Translations under genes and position numbers: made by a program
In this document: piece after piece, positions 10,314-18,497 of the stretch
How positions within the stretch are numbered: position 1 is the stretch's first letter
How the letters are laid out: each line of letters opens with the position of its first letter
The notes under the pieces: generated by a model
Told to the model about the DNA's origin: nothing
Database searches by the model: none
What the model saw: the letters and a program-made list of their open reading frames with translations, nothing else
Source of the DNA: Marinilabiliales bacterium
GTDB taxonomy: Bacteria > Bacteroidota > Bacteroidia > Bacteroidales > SZUA-534
Direction of reading: 5' to 3'
DNA: 64,000 nt
Assembly (NCBI GenBank): GCA_003512955.1
Contig: DOTG01000028.1
Coordinates: 122,275-186,274, forward strand

Positions 10314-11789
10314 ATGGGGAAATTTTTAACAACACGGGAAGAAAACTATTCGCAATGGTACAACGAGTTGGTGATTAAAGCCGACCTGGCTGAGAACTCC
10401 GCTGTGCGCGGCTGCATGGTGATAAAACCTTATGGATATGCGATTTGGGAAAAAATGCAAGCTGCGTTAGATACCATGTTTAAAGAAACAGGTCATGTGA
10501 ATGCTTATTTTCCATTATTTATTCCCAAATCATTTTTTAGCAAAGAAGCCAGCCATGTTGAAGGATTTGCCAAAGAATGTGCCGTGGTTACCCATTACCG
10601 GTTAAAAAACAAAGCCGATGGTTCGGGAATTGAAGTTGACCCTGAAGCAAAATTGGAAGAAGAGTTGATTGTCCGCCCTACATCAGAAACCATTATTTGG
10701 AGCACCTATAAGAATTGGATTCAATCCTATCGCGATCTCCCTATTTTAATCAACCAGTGGGCAAATGTAGTGCGTTGGGAAATGCGTACCCGTTTGTTTT
10801 TACGTACTGCCGAATTCTTATGGCAAGAAGGTCACACGGCCCATGCCACCCAGGAAGAAGCCATAGAAGAAACTATCCGGATGATTAATGTTTATGCCGA
10901 ATTTGCTGAGAAATTTATGGCTGTTCCTGTAATAAAAGGGGTAAAAACCGAAAACGAACGTTTTGCCGGAGCCATCGATACTTATACCATTGAAGCCATG
11001 ATGCAGGATGGCAAAGCCTTACAATCAGGAACCTCTCACTTTTTGGGACAAAATTTTGCCAAGGCTTTCGACGTAAAGTTCAATTCCAAGGAGAGCAAAT
11101 TGGATTATGTATGGGCTACATCATGGGGCGTTTCAACCCGGCTGATGGGAGCTTTAGTAATGTCGCACTCCGATGATCACGGATTGGTATTACCCCCGAA
11201 ATTGGCCCCCAACCAGGTAGTGATTGTACCTATTTACAAAGGAGATGACCAGTATGAGATTATGCGCGAAGCTGGAAACAAAATCAAAAATCAATTGAAG
11301 GCTGCCGGAATATCGGTGCTTTTCGATGATCGTGACACCCACAAACCAGGCTGGAAATTTGCTGAATATGAGTTAAAAGGAGTGCCTGTCCGGTTAGCTT
11401 TTGGAGCCCGTGATATGGAAAACGATACCATAGAAATTGCCCGGCGTGATACTCTGGAAAAACAAACTATATCGCAGGAAAACATTGTAGAAACCGTAAA
11501 GCAACTTTTGGAGGATATTCAGGAAAATATCTATCAGAAAGCTTTAAAACTCAGAGAACAAAAAACATACGCCGTTGATACCTGGGAAGAATTTACTGAT
11601 ATTATTGAAAACAAAGGTGGGTTTGTTTATGCGCATTGGGATGGAACTACTGAAACAGAGAATAAAATTAAAGAGGCTACCAAAGCCACCATCCGTTGTA
11701 TTCCTGTTAACAATCCTTTAGAAAATGGAACTTGTATCTTTTCCGGAAAACCCTCAAATCAAAGAGTGCTTTTTGCTAAAGCTTACTAA
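10314..11789 (+). CDS. proS: proline--tRNA ligase (archaeal/eukaryote-like class II type)
   Basis: 491 aa with a full-length match to the ProRS pattern ([54 protein letters not shown]-terminal ...FAKAY). Confidence 0.95.
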   Translation: MGKFLTTREENYSQWYNELVIKADLAENSAVRGCMVIKPYGYAIWEKMQAALDTMFKETGHVNAYFPLFIPKSFFSKEASHVEGFAKECAVVTHYRLKNKADGSGIEVDPEAKLEEELIVRPTSETIIWSTYKNWIQSYRDLPILINQWANVVRWEMRTRLFLRTAEFLWQEGHTAHATQEEAIEETIRMINVYAEFAEKFMAVPVIKGVKTENERFAGAIDTYTIEAMMQDGKALQSGTSHFLGQNFAKAFDVKFNSKESKLDYVWATSWGVSTRLMGALVMSHSDDHGLVLPPKLAPNQVVIVPIYKGDDQYEIMREAGNKIKNQLKAAGISVLFDDRDTHKPGWKFAEYELKGVPVRLAFGARDMENDTIEIARRDTLEKQTISQENIVETVKQLLEDIQENIYQKALKLREQKTYAVDTWEEFTDIIENKGGFVYAHWDGTTETENKIKEATKATIRCIPVNNPLENGTCIFSGKPSNQRVLFAKAY

Positions 11790-11804
11790 ATAAATCATCT
11801 ATTT

Positions 11805-11846
11805 ATAAGGCAGTTTAGTTGGTTCTAAACTGCCTTATATTTTTTA
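11805..11846 (+). terminator. rho-independent terminator after proS (overlaps the 3' end of convergent fmt)
   Basis: 14-bp stem ATAAGGCAGTTTAG (11805-11818) / CTAAACTGCCTTAT (11825-11838) followed by a T-rich run. Confidence 0.75.
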
Positions 11847-12793
11847 ATCTCTTTGAACCCATTCAGGAATTCGGAGATGGGCATCCGTTTTTTTCCCGAG
11901 ATTTGGATGTCCTCTATAAACAGGAAACCATCTGCAACAGCCACCTTCAAGTAACTTTTATCATCTGAAAGAAGTGTCCCATTCAAATGTGCATGAGCAA
12001 CCTCTTCTATTTTAGTCCGGTAAATCTTGCACATGATTTGCTGTCCAGCCCCGTTTTCAAAATAGGTCCATGCGGCTGGATAAGGGCTCAATCCCCTGAC
12101 TAGATTCTGAATCGAAATCAGTTCGCGATTCCAATTGATTTTACAGTCTTCTTTAAATATTTTGGGTGCATGTTTCAGTTCCGAGGCTTGCAATTTACTT
12201 TGCTGAATTTCAGTGTACTGCCCTTGCCAAATTACATCCACCGTTTTTGACAACAGTTTAGCACCATCAATCATCAGTTTATCATGAACAGAGCCCGCAT
12301 CATCACTAACCTCAATGGGTATTTCTTTTTGAAAAAGGATGTCACCTGTATCAATTTCATGCTTTAAGAAGAATGTAGTAACCCCGGTAACTTTTTCACC
12401 ATTGATTACTGCCCAATTGATGGGAGCAGCACCCCGGTATTGAGGCAATAGAGAACCATGCAGATTTATAGAACCCAACCGGGGCATGTTCCATATTTTT
12501 TCTGGTAACATCCGGAATGCAACTATCACATTCAAATCAGCTTGGAAGGCTTTCATCTGATCAAAAAAATTAGGATCCTTCAAATTGGCGGGTTGCAACA
12601 CCTGAATATTTTTTTCCAAAGCAAATGTTTTTATTGCTGATTGGCTAAGCTGTTGCCCCCGGCCAGCAGGTTTATCGGGGCTTGTTACCACAGCTACCAC
12701 ATTAAACCCGCTTTCCAACAACACCTTCAGGCTTTCAACAGCAAACTCAGGTGTACCCATAAAAACAATCCTAAAATCCTTTTTATCAATCAT
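11825..12793 (-). CDS. fmt: methionyl-tRNA formyltransferase
   Basis: RIVFMGTPEFAV N-terminus, HGSLLPQYRGAAPINWAVINGE (SLLP motif), and a C-terminal Fmt domain. I place the start at the ATG at 12793 (MIDKKDFRIVFMG). The listed 12868 start would run through the upstream gene's terminator hairpin. Confidence 0.9.
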   Translation of the reverse strand: MIDKKDFRIVFMGTPEFAVESLKVLLESGFNVVAVVTSPDKPAGRGQQLSQSAIKTFALEKNIQVLQPANLKDPNFFDQMKAFQADLNVIVAFRMLPEKIWNMPRLGSINLHGSLLPQYRGAAPINWAVINGEKVTGVTTFFLKHEIDTGDILFQKEIPIEVSDDAGSVHDKLMIDGAKLLSKTVDVIWQGQYTEIQQSKLQASELKHAPKIFKEDCKINWNRELISIQNLVRGLSPYPAAWTYFENGAGQQIMCKIYRTKIEEVAHAHLNGTLLSDDKSYLKVAVADGFLFIEDIQISGKKRMPISEFLNGFKEIKKYKAV

Positions 12794-12820
12794 ATAAATT
12801 AAAAATGATATGGAACCATT

Positions 12821-12849
12821 AAAAAGAGAAAAGGCTGCAAAAGCAGCCT
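12821..12849 (-). terminator. terminator of the GH16-like gene
   Basis: Stem AGGCTGC (12832-12838) / GCAGCCT (12843-12849) with loop AAAA. On the minus strand it is followed by TTTCTCTTTTT. Confidence 0.7.
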
Positions 12850-12877
12850 CCAAAGATATAAATATCAATACAGAGTT

Positions 12878-14947
12878 TTAAACTTTTTCGTAACAACGTA
12901 CCCAGTCAATTTCAAAAGCAGATGGCAACTGTTCGGTGGCTGTATTGTTTTGAATTCCTGCTGAAAGCATCATATACAAAGGTTCTTCAGGAATTCCTGA
13001 AGTGGTAGTAAATACTTCCATCCCGTTTATTTTCCATATCAATTTTTCAGGGCTCCACTCCAGGGAATAGATAAAATAATCCTTGGCAAAAGCACTTCCA
13101 TTAATTTTTGAAGTTGCTTTCCGTGCTTTCTTAAAATCGTTGGCATCACCCCAAATGTTCGACATCTGGAAGCGGTTCCGCTTGTCCATGTTGAATTTGA
13201 AAACATCCACTTCGGGTAATATTTTTTCACCTTTCAACCAGAAAGCTTGATAGACAGGGAAGTTAGCATCTATCTTGATTTTCGCTTCAAATTTGCCGTA
13301 TTTTTGTCTGAAACTATGCGCGGTGCTCAACATGCCCGAGGTGTATTCAAAATCTCTTTCGAAAAAACCATGAACCGGATGCCATACCTTACCTTTGGAA
13401 TTTTCTTTTTTGGTTATAATTTTAAGAGTGGTCCCGTTCAACTCCACGTTTTTGTTGTTGGTGTAATAATGTTTATCGCCAGCCAATACATAGCGGTCGT
13501 TGAGAAGCATTTTTCCCCAGAAGTAACTGTTCATCCACTTTTCTTCATCCACTTTTCCTGAGGTAAAATCGTCTTCAAAGGTGAGCCGCCAGGCATTCAA
13601 TTCATTGAACTTGGTTGAGCCTACCACCGATGCATACCATTTTATATCTTCTGAATTTTTCAATTCCAGAAACCTGGATTCTTTGGTAAATTCTTCGGTT
13701 TTTTGCCATTTCTGCTTATCAAGCATGTACGATTTATATTCCTGAAACTTATCAGAGGTAACCAGTTCTTTCAACGATTCAAATTCTTTTAATAAAGCGG
13801 AATCCGATGTTTTCAAAAACTGACCAAAGGGTTTTGAGGAACCATACCTCTGCCAGAACTTGATGCTGTCGTTGATTTTTAATTGGTTGAACCGTTCTTC
13901 ACTTTTGTATTCATCACTATTTGAATACTTTGATTTTTCAATATTCTCCTGGTAAAGGGGTGATGTTACATAAGCTTCCAATTCCTGATAAGCAGTCCAC
14001 TCCTTCGAATCATTGAACTGAAGGTAGGTTTTGTATTCAGCCGAAGATTCAAACTTGAAATATTGAACAAGCTTGGTGTCTTTAGCCAAGGTCTTAAATC
14101 TCGATTCTTTGACAAATTGGTCCGTATTTTTGTACCGCAACGTATCAAGTTGTTTTGGATAGTCCGATGATTGAACATACGCTTTTAACTCTTCATATTC
14201 AGCAACCAAAGATGGCTTTTCATCATCATAGGGTTCCTTTTTCTTTAAAAAGGCCTTTACTTCCGGGTTTTTAGAAAGCTGTTTAACCTGTTCCTTTTTA
14301 GCCATTTCGAGGGCTAACTGTTGAGCCAAAGCTTCTTTAAATTCTTGCAATTGTTTTGAATTTACAAACTCCAAAAGCGACTGATATTCTGCCAATTGCT
14401 CAGAACCTACCACTTCATTTAGAAGTTTCAATTTCGAAGAATTTGAAGTTGAAATATGATCCTTAATAGCTTTTGATTTCTTTTGCTGTTGATAGGTTTT
14501 AAGTTTCCCCTGTTCCTCTTTCAACCGGGCATCATATTTTTCCACAATCTCGTGATGGGCTTTACTTTCCAGGTAGGAATTAAGCTCTTGGAACTCTTTT
14601 AGTTCCTCCGATTTTTCAACTTCAAGAAACCGATGATAGTCGGCTGATTCAAGAACCTTGAAATAATTAATAATCTCTTTATTTTTTGATAACTTAAAAT
14701 AATTCTGTTCCTTTTTAAATTCTTCGGTCTTTTTATAGTCAAGGCCTAGAATGTTTTTCTTGTTGGTCAAAAATTCTTCCGATTCAACAAATTTCTTCAA
14801 CTCCTGAAACTCCTGAAGAAGCACTGAATCTTTAAATTCCTGAAGTTTAACAAATTCTTGTTGTAAACCGTGTTGCGCCGATTCTATTTTATCAGTTTTT
14901 GGGAGCATTCCCAAGGCAACGCGAATAGTGAATCCTAAGTTAGCCAT
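12878..14947 (-). CDS. repeat-rich protein with C-terminal GH16-like (concanavalin-fold) domain; catalytic motif degenerate
   Basis: C-terminal ~230 aa follow the GH16 pattern (YTSGMLST...YGKFEAKIK...AFWL...PEVDVFKF...LEWSPEKLIWKINGMEVF...FEIDWVRCY). The N-terminal ~430 aa are helical EF/EY-rich repeats. No signal peptide. Confidence 0.7.
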   Translation of the reverse strand: MANLGFTIRVALGMLPKTDKIESAQHGLQQEFVKLQEFKDSVLLQEFQELKKFVESEEFLTNKKNILGLDYKKTEEFKKEQNYFKLSKNKEIINYFKVLESADYHRFLEVEKSEELKEFQELNSYLESKAHHEIVEKYDARLKEEQGKLKTYQQQKKSKAIKDHISTSNSSKLKLLNEVVGSEQLAEYQSLLEFVNSKQLQEFKEALAQQLALEMAKKEQVKQLSKNPEVKAFLKKKEPYDDEKPSLVAEYEELKAYVQSSDYPKQLDTLRYKNTDQFVKESRFKTLAKDTKLVQYFKFESSAEYKTYLQFNDSKEWTAYQELEAYVTSPLYQENIEKSKYSNSDEYKSEERFNQLKINDSIKFWQRYGSSKPFGQFLKTSDSALLKEFESLKELVTSDKFQEYKSYMLDKQKWQKTEEFTKESRFLELKNSEDIKWYASVVGSTKFNELNAWRLTFEDDFTSGKVDEEKWMNSYFWGKMLLNDRYVLAGDKHYYTNNKNVELNGTTLKIITKKENSKGKVWHPVHGFFERDFEYTSGMLSTAHSFRQKYGKFEAKIKIDANFPVYQAFWLKGEKILPEVDVFKFNMDKRNRFQMSNIWGDANDFKKARKATSKINGSAFAKDYFIYSLEWSPEKLIWKINGMEVFTTTSGIPEEPLYMMLSAGIQNNTATEQLPSAFEIDWVRCYEKV

Positions 14948-14982
14948 ATACTATCAATAGTTTTTTACAATATTATAAAAAT

Positions 14983-16191
14983 TTAAAGAGCTTTAGGTAA
15001 GGTAAAGAAAAATGATGTTCCTTCGTTCAATTTGCTGTCCACCCAAATATCGCCTCCATTTTTCAGAACAAATTCTTTACAGATAATTAACCCTAACCCG
15101 GAGCCATCCATTTCGTCTGAATCTTCAAAATTCTGGCGGACATCAATCCTGAAAAGGGATTCCAATTTTTGTGGTTCAATTCCGCCCCCGTTATCGCTGA
15201 TTTTAATAGTCAGCATATCACCGGTTTCATCGGCCCGTATTAATATCCTGCCTTGTTCGGGCGTATATCTTAGGGCATTGGAAACCAAATTTCGGACTAC
15301 CGTGGTAACCATGGCCACATCAAAATACCCGTGCAATTTCGGATTGACCTCTTTTACCAAATGAATCTGCTTTTGAGAAGCCGTAACCGTGAAGAGTTCG
15401 TAAACTTCGTCAATCACATTTGAAACATTGGCCCTTCGGAAGTTAATCTTCAAACTACCAGTTTGTGAACGTGCCCATTGTAAAAGATTCTCCAACAAAT
15501 TAAAAGCATTTTTTGAATAACGGTTAATCTGCTCCAAATATTCTATGGCTTTTTCCTTGCTATAGGAATCGTATTTATTCAGAAGCACATCAGATATCCC
15601 GATCACCGTATTGAAAGGGTTTTTCAGGTCGTGAGCAATGATGGTAAAAAATTTATCCTTTGTCGCATTAATGGCCTCCAGCTCTTTCTTTTGGGCAGAA
15701 ATATTTTCCTTTTCCTTTTCTACTTCAAACTTCTTCTTTTGAATGTCCAAGGTCCGAAGGGTTAACTTTTCTTCAAGAATATTGTAATCGCGCAACCTTT
15801 TAATAAGCGAAACCAGAACATTTTTCCACAGCTCAGGCCGTTTCTGGATAACTTTATCAAAAGTTGACTGCTGAAGTTCAAGAAGTTTGGTGTCTCTAAC
15901 CGCTGTGACTGTGGCCGACCGCACTGAAGAATCAATTAAGGAATATTCCCCAAAAAACTGTTTATTATTGAGGGTAGTAAAAATATATTCATTGTCATGT
16001 ACCTGTACCGAACCATCAATTATCACATACATCGCGCTTTCTTTGTCTCCTTTTTTAAAAAGCGATTCATCTTTTTTAAGATGTACCTCTTTCATATTAT
16101 CGACAAATTCTTCAAGAATGGAATCCTCAAAACCCGAGAATATCTCTACATCATGGAGTAAGGAGACAATATTGCTTTTAAAATTATCCAT
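14983..16191 (-). CDS. cyclic-nucleotide-binding domain histidine kinase
   Basis: N-terminal CAP_ED-like domain (FKKGDKESAMYVIIDGSVQV...FFGEYSLID..RSATVTA), a coiled linker, H-box FFTIIAHDLKNPFN, and HATPase motifs (DNGGGI, GSGLGLIICK). Confidence 0.85.
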   Translation of the reverse strand: MDNFKSNIVSLLHDVEIFSGFEDSILEEFVDNMKEVHLKKDESLFKKGDKESAMYVIIDGSVQVHDNEYIFTTLNNKQFFGEYSLIDSSVRSATVTAVRDTKLLELQQSTFDKVIQKRPELWKNVLVSLIKRLRDYNILEEKLTLRTLDIQKKKFEVEKEKENISAQKKELEAINATKDKFFTIIAHDLKNPFNTVIGISDVLLNKYDSYSKEKAIEYLEQINRYSKNAFNLLENLLQWARSQTGSLKINFRRANVSNVIDEVYELFTVTASQKQIHLVKEVNPKLHGYFDVAMVTTVVRNLVSNALRYTPEQGRILIRADETGDMLTIKISDNGGGIEPQKLESLFRIDVRQNFEDSDEMDGSGLGLIICKEFVLKNGGDIWVDSKLNEGTSFFFTLPKAL

Positions 16192-16471
16192 TTGATATGA
16201 ATTGCAGTATAATAAACGTGTATGAGTTTACTAAGATAATGGGAAATATGTAGTTTTCAAAAGATTCGGCAACCCTTTTTGTTTTCTTAAATTTATTGGA
16301 TTGAAATGGTCGTATTTAAAGGCCATTTCCATAAGTAATATTTAAGAGGATTGAGGTGGCTTATCAATTCACAACATACGGTTTATAATTTTCAGACAAA
16401 TGCCTCAATCCTTTGGTTGTAAACCGGAAAGGTTGCAATTTGACTCGGATTACATGCAGTTATAGGAAAAA

Positions 16472-16987
16472 CTAAAGTTCTTTTTGGTAAGCAACTACAT
16501 CGAGCACTTTTCCGAACTTTTCGCCCACGTTTTTGAAATGGGCACATTTGGAATAGCCCATTTTCTCGAAAAGGTGTATGCTTCCGCTATTATCGCCGGA
16601 GATTATGGCAATCAGATTCCTGATCCCCGTTTCAAGGGCTTTTTGTTCCAAATGGAGCAATGCCACTTTACCAATCCCTTTCTGGCAAGAATCCTGCTTC
16701 AAATAAATGGTAATTTCGGCGGTTCGGTCATAAGCCTGCCGCTTTTTGTAATAGGTAAGGAAACAATAACCAGCCACATTATTTGCTTCATAAATAAGGT
16801 ACGATTTGTAGATGGGATGTAGGATGAAAATAAACTCCTTAAGCTGCTCAACGGTGATTGGTTCCGTATGAAAAGTAGCTGTAGAATTTTGAATATACCA
16901 GTCATAGATTTTCTTGACCTCAGAGAGATTCTTTTCTTCAATATCTTTAAAGGCAATTTTCATTTCGATTGAATTTAAGTTTTCCAA
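16472..16987 (-). CDS. GNAT family N-acetyltransferase (phosphinothricin acetyltransferase-like)
   Basis: 171 aa. IYDWYIQNSTATFHTEP N-terminal pattern and acetyl-CoA motif QKGIGKVAL. Confidence 0.8.
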   Translation of the reverse strand: MENLNSIEMKIAFKDIEEKNLSEVKKIYDWYIQNSTATFHTEPITVEQLKEFIFILHPIYKSYLIYEANNVAGYCFLTYYKKRQAYDRTAEITIYLKQDSCQKGIGKVALLHLEQKALETGIRNLIAIISGDNSGSIHLFEKMGYSKCAHFKNVGEKFGKVLDVVAYQKEL

Positions 16988-17227
16988 ATGTAAAAATAGT
17001 GCTTCACCTTTTATATATTTTTAAAAATTGCTAAAATTTACTTTAGCTCCTTTTGTCCATATTTTTAACAAAACATTAACAGTCACTTGATTGTATTTAC
17101 ATTTCAAATGCCAAATTCTTATTTAGAAAAATTTTGAATAACGATTATTTGGATGTTACTTTGCACCGTTTTTGAATGAATTATATTTCGCAGCAAAAAG
17201 AGTATAAATTAAACCTTGGATATTAAG

Positions 17228-17761
17228 ATGAACATTGCAGAAGAAAAAATGGTTTCGGTTGTTTATGAGTTAAAATACGATGACACCGATGCACAACTTA
17301 TTGAAAAAGTTGAAAAAGATAATCCCCTAACCTTTTTATATGGCAAAGGCCGGATGCTGGAGCATTTTGAAAAAAACCTGGCCGGTTTAGCTGTTGGCGA
17401 CAGTTTTGATTTTAAACTTACTGCCGAAGAAGCTTATGGCCCTGTTACCGAGCAAGCCATTGTGGATGTACCCATGGAAGCTTTTGAAGTGGATGGTAAA
17501 GTAGATGAAAAACTGATTGCCGTGGGTAATACCATTCCAATGATGGATAGTTACGGAAACCGTTTACATGGAATTGTAGTGGAATCGAACGAATCTATTG
17601 TGAAAATGGACTTTAACCACCCATTGGCTGGTGAAGATTTGCATTTCAAAGGCAAAGTAATTGAAGTACGTGACCCCAAACCTGAAGAATTGGCTGAAAG
17701 CTGTGGAACCGGCTGTTCTACCGATGGCTGTGGAAGTGGTGGTTGCTGCGGAGGATGCTAA
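17228..17761 (+). CDS. slyD: FKBP-type peptidyl-prolyl cis-trans isomerase, SlyD-like, with Cys/Gly-rich tail
   Basis: VSVVYEL...PLTFLYGKGRMLEHFEKNLAGLAVGDSF...MDFNHPLAGEDLHFKGKVIEV. C-terminal CGTGCSTDGCGSGGCCGGC metal-binding-like tail. The ATG at 17228 is preferred over the TTG at 17216. Confidence 0.85.
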   Translation: MNIAEEKMVSVVYELKYDDTDAQLIEKVEKDNPLTFLYGKGRMLEHFEKNLAGLAVGDSFDFKLTAEEAYGPVTEQAIVDVPMEAFEVDGKVDEKLIAVGNTIPMMDSYGNRLHGIVVESNESIVKMDFNHPLAGEDLHFKGKVIEVRDPKPEELAESCGTGCSTDGCGSGGCCGGC

Positions 17762-17780
17762 TTAAAACCTTATGATATAA

Positions 17781-17809
17781 AAAAACCCGGAGTTACCGGG
17801 TTTTTTTTA
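17781..17809. terminator. bidirectional terminator between slyD and csp
   Basis: Stem AACCCGG (17784-17790) / CCGGGTT (17796-17802), flanked by an A-run on the left and T8 on the right. Confidence 0.8.
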
Positions 17810-17811
17810 TG

Positions 17812-18015
17812 TTATTTGATCACTTTCACTTTTACAGCTACCGGACCTTTTTCCCCATCTTTAATTTCAAATTCAACTTTTGTTCCTGGCTGAAGTATTT
17901 GTTTGCCAATTAATCCAGAACGGTGCAAAAAAACATCTTTCTGTTGCTCATCAACTAAGAAACCAAAACCTTTTGTTTCGTTATACCATTTGACTGTACC
18001 AGTTTGCATATACAT
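17812..18015 (-). CDS. cold-shock domain protein
   Basis: GTVKWYNETKGFGFL (RNP1-like) ... DVFLH (RNP2-like). 65-67 aa depending on which of two ATGs (18015 or 18009) is used. Confidence 0.9.
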   Translation of the reverse strand: MYMQTGTVKWYNETKGFGFLVDEQQKDVFLHRSGLIGKQILQPGTKVEFEIKDGEKGPVAVKVKVIK

Positions 18016-18030
18016 AACAATTAAAGGTTA

Positions 18031-18279
18031 TTACTGATCTTTTGGTCTGGCTTGGTTTACCACCAATTTACGTCCCATAAATTCAGAACTGTTAAGTCCG
18101 TCGATGGCAGCTTGACCTTCGGCATCGTTCGGCATTTCAACAAATGCAAATCCCTTGCTACGGCCCGTTGCTTTGTCTTGAATGATTTTTACAGATTCAA
18201 CTGTACCATAATCATCAAATACTTCTTTTAGTTTGTTCTCCTGAACCTTGTAATTTAGGTTGCCTACATAAATGTTCAT
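18031..18279 (-). CDS. RRM-type RNA-binding protein
   Basis: RNP-2 IYVGNL and RNP-1 KGFAFVEM. 82 aa. 15 bp upstream of the csp gene, so probably an operon. Confidence 0.9.
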   Translation of the reverse strand: MNIYVGNLNYKVQENKLKEVFDDYGTVESVKIIQDKATGRSKGFAFVEMPNDAEGQAAIDGLNSSEFMGRKLVVNQARPKDQ

Positions 18280-18428
18280 AATCGTAAAAAAATAAAAATG
18301 TTAGTAAATCAATGCCCCTCATTAAGATGCAACGAAGGTTATTTATAACAAATTTAAAATAATAATTGATAATCCATGATTTTAGATGATATTTTTTATG
18401 TATAACTGCCCAGTTATCCTGAGAAACA

Positions 18429-18472
18429 TAAAAAAAACTTGAGAATACCGTTTTAAAAACCGTAATTCTCAA
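18429..18472 (-). terminator. terminator of dcp
   Basis: Stem CTTGAGAAT (18438-18446) / ATTCTCAAG (18464-18472). The A-run at 18429-18437 reads as a T-run downstream on the minus strand. Confidence 0.7.
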
Positions 18473-18497
18473 GCCATTACTATTAACTGCTGAATTT

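Noticed and set aside
12794-12868. N-terminal 25-codon extension of fmt in the ORF track
   Set aside because: The extension runs through the terminator hairpin of the upstream gene (12832-12849). The ATG at 12793 gives the canonical Fmt N-terminus.
16192-16471. 280-bp gap with inverted repeats AGGATTGAGG/CCTCAATCCT and GAAATGG/CCATTTC considered as an ncRNA
   Set aside because: The stems are short, the sequence is AT-rich, and it resembles no known RNA. It is most simply the promoter and terminator space between two minus-strand genes.
18215-18472. 85-aa minus-strand ORF upstream of the RRM gene
   Set aside because: It starts inside the dcp terminator hairpin and overlaps the RRM gene start. 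The sequence is AT-rich leader or promoter DNA.
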